Below are positions 59,991 through 64,000 of a stretch of 64,000 bases of DNA, one piece after another (the stretch's first letter is position 1; each line of letters begins with the position of its first letter). A program made the translations under genes and the position numbers. Under the pieces are notes generated by a model. The model was not told where the DNA came from, made no database searches, and saw only the letters and a list, made by a program, of their open reading frames with translations. Origin of the DNA: Camelus ferus (Eukaryota); NCBI RefSeq assembly GCF_009834535.1, contig NC_045696.1, positions 91,018,001-91,082,000 of the forward strand. Direction: 5' to 3'.

Positions 59991-62216
59991 GAAGGCTGTG
60001 ACTCAGCTGGGTTAGTAGAAACTGGGGAAGTGCAGCAGTAACTAAGACTACTGCTGTCATACCTTAAGACCAGCCAGGTCACAGTGGTAGCAACTTAACG
60101 TATATTAAATAGCAATCCCATTTTATTTTTGCTATATTCCATCAGCTAATAAAGTGAGTTTTTAAACATTTTCATTATTTGCAGATGGAGGAGGCACCTC
60201 TTGCATCCTTATAACTTTATCCCATCATCTGGCATTTAGTAGCACCCTTGGTAACCACTGCAGCTCCTGAGGGAGTCTTTAGTTCACCTGATGGGCCACC
60301 AGGATGTCCTGCAGCAGGTGTTGTTAGAAGAATGGTAATCATCACCAGATCAGGAAGGGAGCTATGAGACTTACCATGCTGCAAGCTAGGGATGCCTCAA
60401 AGTGCTGTGGGTGTCCTGAATAGACAGCAACGGAGAGAGGACCAGCAGACCCACAGATGCCCATGTGGCTGCCATAGCATTGGAAAGTCCTGAGTAGATG
60501 GTGCCTGCAAAGCATAGTGCTGCAGGCTCTGAGAAGTCTATAAAAAAGTGTCTTTATCCAGGGATGGATAGTAGGGGTTGGTTAGGTGGGTAGATGGATG
60601 TCTGAAGGATCAAGCTACTCCACATGCAAGTAAGTTGGCCACAGCCTTTCTAAGAGTTGCTTTCTCATAATGTCAATTTGTCTGGGTCCCTTTAGGACTC
60701 AGTTTTTGTTCTGTACTCCAAGAAAGCCAGCCCCTTTGAAGCTCTGCAGAGAAGATGATGGAAATTCCATCTTATTCCTGGGGCATCTCCTACCATTCAG
60801 CAGGGGAGTTGGCCACCCCTTCTCTGAGAAACACTCTCTTTTCACTCATATTGGCTAAGTCATCTCAGTTGGTCCTAATTTAGTCTCAGGCAGGACTAAG
60901 AAAGACTTTTGTTCATTTAGGGACAAGTGCTAGTCCACAGGTAAAGGCCATCCTTCACAATTCCCAAGGCTTTGTGCCCCAAGAACCAACCTTTAGTCCT
61001 CTTGGATATAGAAGTACAATAGGTAGGTCAGTCTTGAAATCCAGTTGAAGCTAAGCATGAGTACCAATGAATAAAATTTACCAGGAAAGAAATCTTAATG
61101 CATGAATTAAGAGGGATTCTGTAAATGCTTGAAACTATGGAATCCTTGAAAAACAAAGAGGTGGGGTTTCTGTTTTGGCATAGATGCCAGCGGTCCTTTC
61201 CAACCTGAAGATGATTTTGTAACTCTCAAATTTGAGAGAATCATTCACTTTCTCTAATGAGAGCAGATTAAGTGACCTGTTCTCTTCTAAAGGTTTTGTG
61301 AGGTAATGGTTAATAATTTGCTATTATTTCTAATAGGGAAACCAGGACCAGAATTACTCTCTGACTTAAGTCTTAATGGGTATTCTAATCAACAACTGTT
61401 TTTCAAACAGCTGTTTGAAGGATTCAGTGCCTGAGAGCTACAAAGATGTGGCAAGTCTGATCCATATTTAGATGGGGTGGGTGAGTATGTGATAAACTTT
61501 CTGGTGTTTAATTGTTTAGGATGAATAAACAAGTGAAGGAATGTAAATAGATCCTAGCTTCAGAGGGTTCCCTTCCACCAGGGATGTAAGTTTGCATCAT
61601 GGACTTAGAGAGACTGAATTTGGTCACTGGAGCAAATGCATTTTAGAGATCTCAGCATCCTGACCTGCCAGTGATAGCGTACCTTTTATCTTACTGGGTT
61701 GATAGTAGATGTGTTTGTATTTGTCTCCCTTGAGTTTTACCAGAGAAATCTTAGACCCCTGGAAACTTCAGGCACAACTGCTATTCTGTCTATTCAATAG
61801 AATGGAGAACCCTTCTTTTCTTTACCTGAAAGTTTTATTACTATTTATTTTTAAAGGAAAAAATAATTTAATGGTGCTTTTGTGGTAGAAAGGTGTGAAA
61901 TGAATGGAAGAGCCAGAGCAATGCTAGGATGGAAAGCGCTACCGGTCCTGAGTAGCTCCTAGGGTCTTGGCTTAGAACACCTTGACTCTGTGACTCATCT
62001 GTAGGCATGGGTGAGCTGTCCAGTCCACTGGAGTGTTTTGCTCTGAGAGAATCATCTGCTCCATAATGGAGATTTTGTTACTGAAAAGACCTCGAAGCAC
62101 ACATAACTCAGTGGTTTCTTTTAGCATTTCATTTCCTTCAGAAATAATGATGCCTTCAGTACAACCAGGGTTTCCATTGAAAGAACATGTATTGCTTAGG
62201 ACTTGACCCTTTAAAC

Positions 62217-62429
62217 CAGGGGTCAGCAAATTATGGCCTGTGGACCAAACCTGGGCAGCCCCTGCTTTGTACTGCCCTCCGGCTTAGAATGGTTTTTACA
62301 TTTTTAAATGATGCTGCTTTAAATTGTTAGACAGATTGCCTACATAATATTATTAATTTTGCCTCTTCACCCAGAAAACCTGAAATATTTACTTTCTGGG
62401 CCTGTACAGGAAAAGTTGACCACCCCCTG
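62217..62429 (+). mobile_element. MER58 (MER58C-like) hAT-Charlie MITE with target-site duplication
   Basis: Termini caggggtcagcaaa / aagttgaccaccccctg; 8-bp TSD ctttaaac / ctctaaaa. Confidence 0.9.
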
Positions 62430-62479
62430 CTCTAAAACCCCTGACTTTATTATTATATTTTTATTTATTTATTTATTTA

Positions 62480-63025
62480 TTTTGCTCTCTTTGGTTATTT
62501 ATTTTTCCATATGAACTTTATTCAACCCACATCCCTCCCAAATCCAATAGGATTCAAATTGTACTTTTTTTAATGTTATATATTAATTCTTGGATGATTG
62601 ACAATTTATAATATTGAATCTTCTCCTTTTCTCCTTTGTTCAGACTTTGTTTTATGCCCTTTGATAAGATTTTATAATTTTCTTCACATGGCCTGAACAA
62701 TATTTCTTAGGGATTTTTTTTTTTTACTATCTTATAGACATCCCTATTATGAATTAAACAGTTCCCCAATATCCATTTTTAGCTATTTAATACCAGCATA
62801 GAAAAATTGTCATGTAGAAAATTGTTATGTATTTTGTGTGTTTATTTTGTATATAATTCTTTGATTAATTCTCATTTTTTTTTGTCTCGAAGTATCCTAA
62901 ATTTTACACATACAGAATCTTGTCACCAGCAAGAAAGATTTACTTTTACTCTTGAAATGTTTATACGAACTGTAAAACCCCTGATTCTAATGATTGTTAT
63001 CTGAAACAGGTGTTAACAATAATAG
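62480..63025 (-). mobile_element. Very old L1M ORF2 remnant
   Basis: ttattttttccatatgaacttta...gattgacaatttataatattgaatctt, collinear with L1 ORF2. Confidence 0.7.
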
Positions 63026-63189
63026 CCCACAAAAACCTGTAACAGCATAAATGCAGTTAACTATTTTAGATCAAAGTTCACAAGGAAGAAGCCATGGCTA
63101 TTGTATTTATTTTGCCCTGAGAAGGTGCAGTGCATTGAGACAGGGTAAACCCCTCAAGGTAATCATGTGACACTGGGAAGTTGTGGTGA

Positions 63190-63300
63190 GACACTGGGCT
63201 GGGGAAGCAGGAGCCCTGGGCTGTCATCTTCTTAGATCTGCTGTGTGACCTGGGTAAGCCCTTTTAGTTCTTTGAGCCTTGGGCTGCTCATGTTTTACAT
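63190..63300 (+). mobile_element. MIR fragment
   Basis: tgctgtgtgacctgggtaagccctt...tctttgagccttggg. Confidence 0.65.
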
Positions 63301-64000
63301 CCTGCAGTCTTATTTGGAGAGCCGAGACTCCATATCCCCACCCCACCCCTCTCAATAAATACTGTTTCCCTTGGCTTCCTTCCTTCCCCCACCCTATCCC
63401 AGGCCCTTAGTTCTGAAGATACAATTTTTGGGGTGTCCTCCTGGGATAAACTTGATTAAATTTGAAGAAAACAGTCATATCATAGCAATATGCTGTTTCA
63501 CATGGTTTTTCGTCATTTCTTGGAGCGGCTTCTGGGTTTAGATTCCTGCCTCTTCTTCGGGCTAATACATTATGGATGAGGTACAGCTGTGACCAATAAA
63601 GAGCCTTCTTGTAGAGTGAAAACAGGTCCCCTCGGTGTAGCCCAAAGGCCTGGACAAGACAGAGAAGGGGGCTGACACCTTCTGGCTCATCTCTCTGATG
63701 GGCCTCTCAAAAATGTGCCCCTTTTTGTTTGGTTCTTGCTTTACCTTTCCTCCCATTCTGTCAGCCCCTCAATCCTCCGCCCTCTAAGCCTTCATACTGA
63801 CACACATGTAAAAGCAATGTGAAAAGATGTTAAACAATATCAGTGTTTATTCCTGCAGATGAATAGTCAGGAAGCCCTGAGATGCCCACCTAGCAGCAAA
63901 CTTTGTTCTAAATTCTAAGTGTTTCAAGTCTTTGTGCACGTGGAAGGGCTGATGCTCTGATGAAGCCATATTGCGTGACTTCAGGGGACAATTTACATGT

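Noticed and set aside
1..64000. CRISPR array, operon or other prokaryote-type system
   Set aside because: The sequence is mammalian; there are no regularly spaced repeat-spacer units or long ORFs.

Overview
Mammalian non-coding DNA: AT-leaning, strongly CpG-depleted, with no CpG island and no intact protein-coding gene. The host is most likely a camelid (alpaca/llama/camel), judged from a tRNA-Ala-derived Vic-1-type SINE with a target-site duplication (15589-15683) and two young L1 copies with a camelid-type 3' UTR (6181-6431, 10975-12919). Much of the window is fossil transposable elements: L2, MIR, CR1/L3, L1M, MaLR LTRs (two with internal sequence), hAT elements (MER5, MER45, MER58, MER81) and Tigger elements. 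Between them lie TE-poor blocks rich in TAAT, FOX and GATA motifs that look like conserved enhancers (about 10.5, 14.7, 25.2, 38.5, 46-48.5, 52.5-53.3 and 57.7 kb). This fits a large intron or gene desert near a developmental regulator, but I could not identify the locus. Only the L1 ORF2 remnants in the ORF track are recognisable proteins; I also read CR1 reverse-transcriptase and Tigger transposase remnants outside the track. I see no evidence for a novel multi-gene system. The best leads are an LTR-like element with a compact AP-1/RUNX/NF-kB/KLF/TATA array (49892-50254), a strong CTCF site (58209-58227), two in-phase octamers (53194-53211), the 38.3-38.8 kb enhancer-like block and three isolated candidate exons. 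Repeat family names come from recalled consensus sequences, not a database search, and the boundaries of old repeats are approximate.
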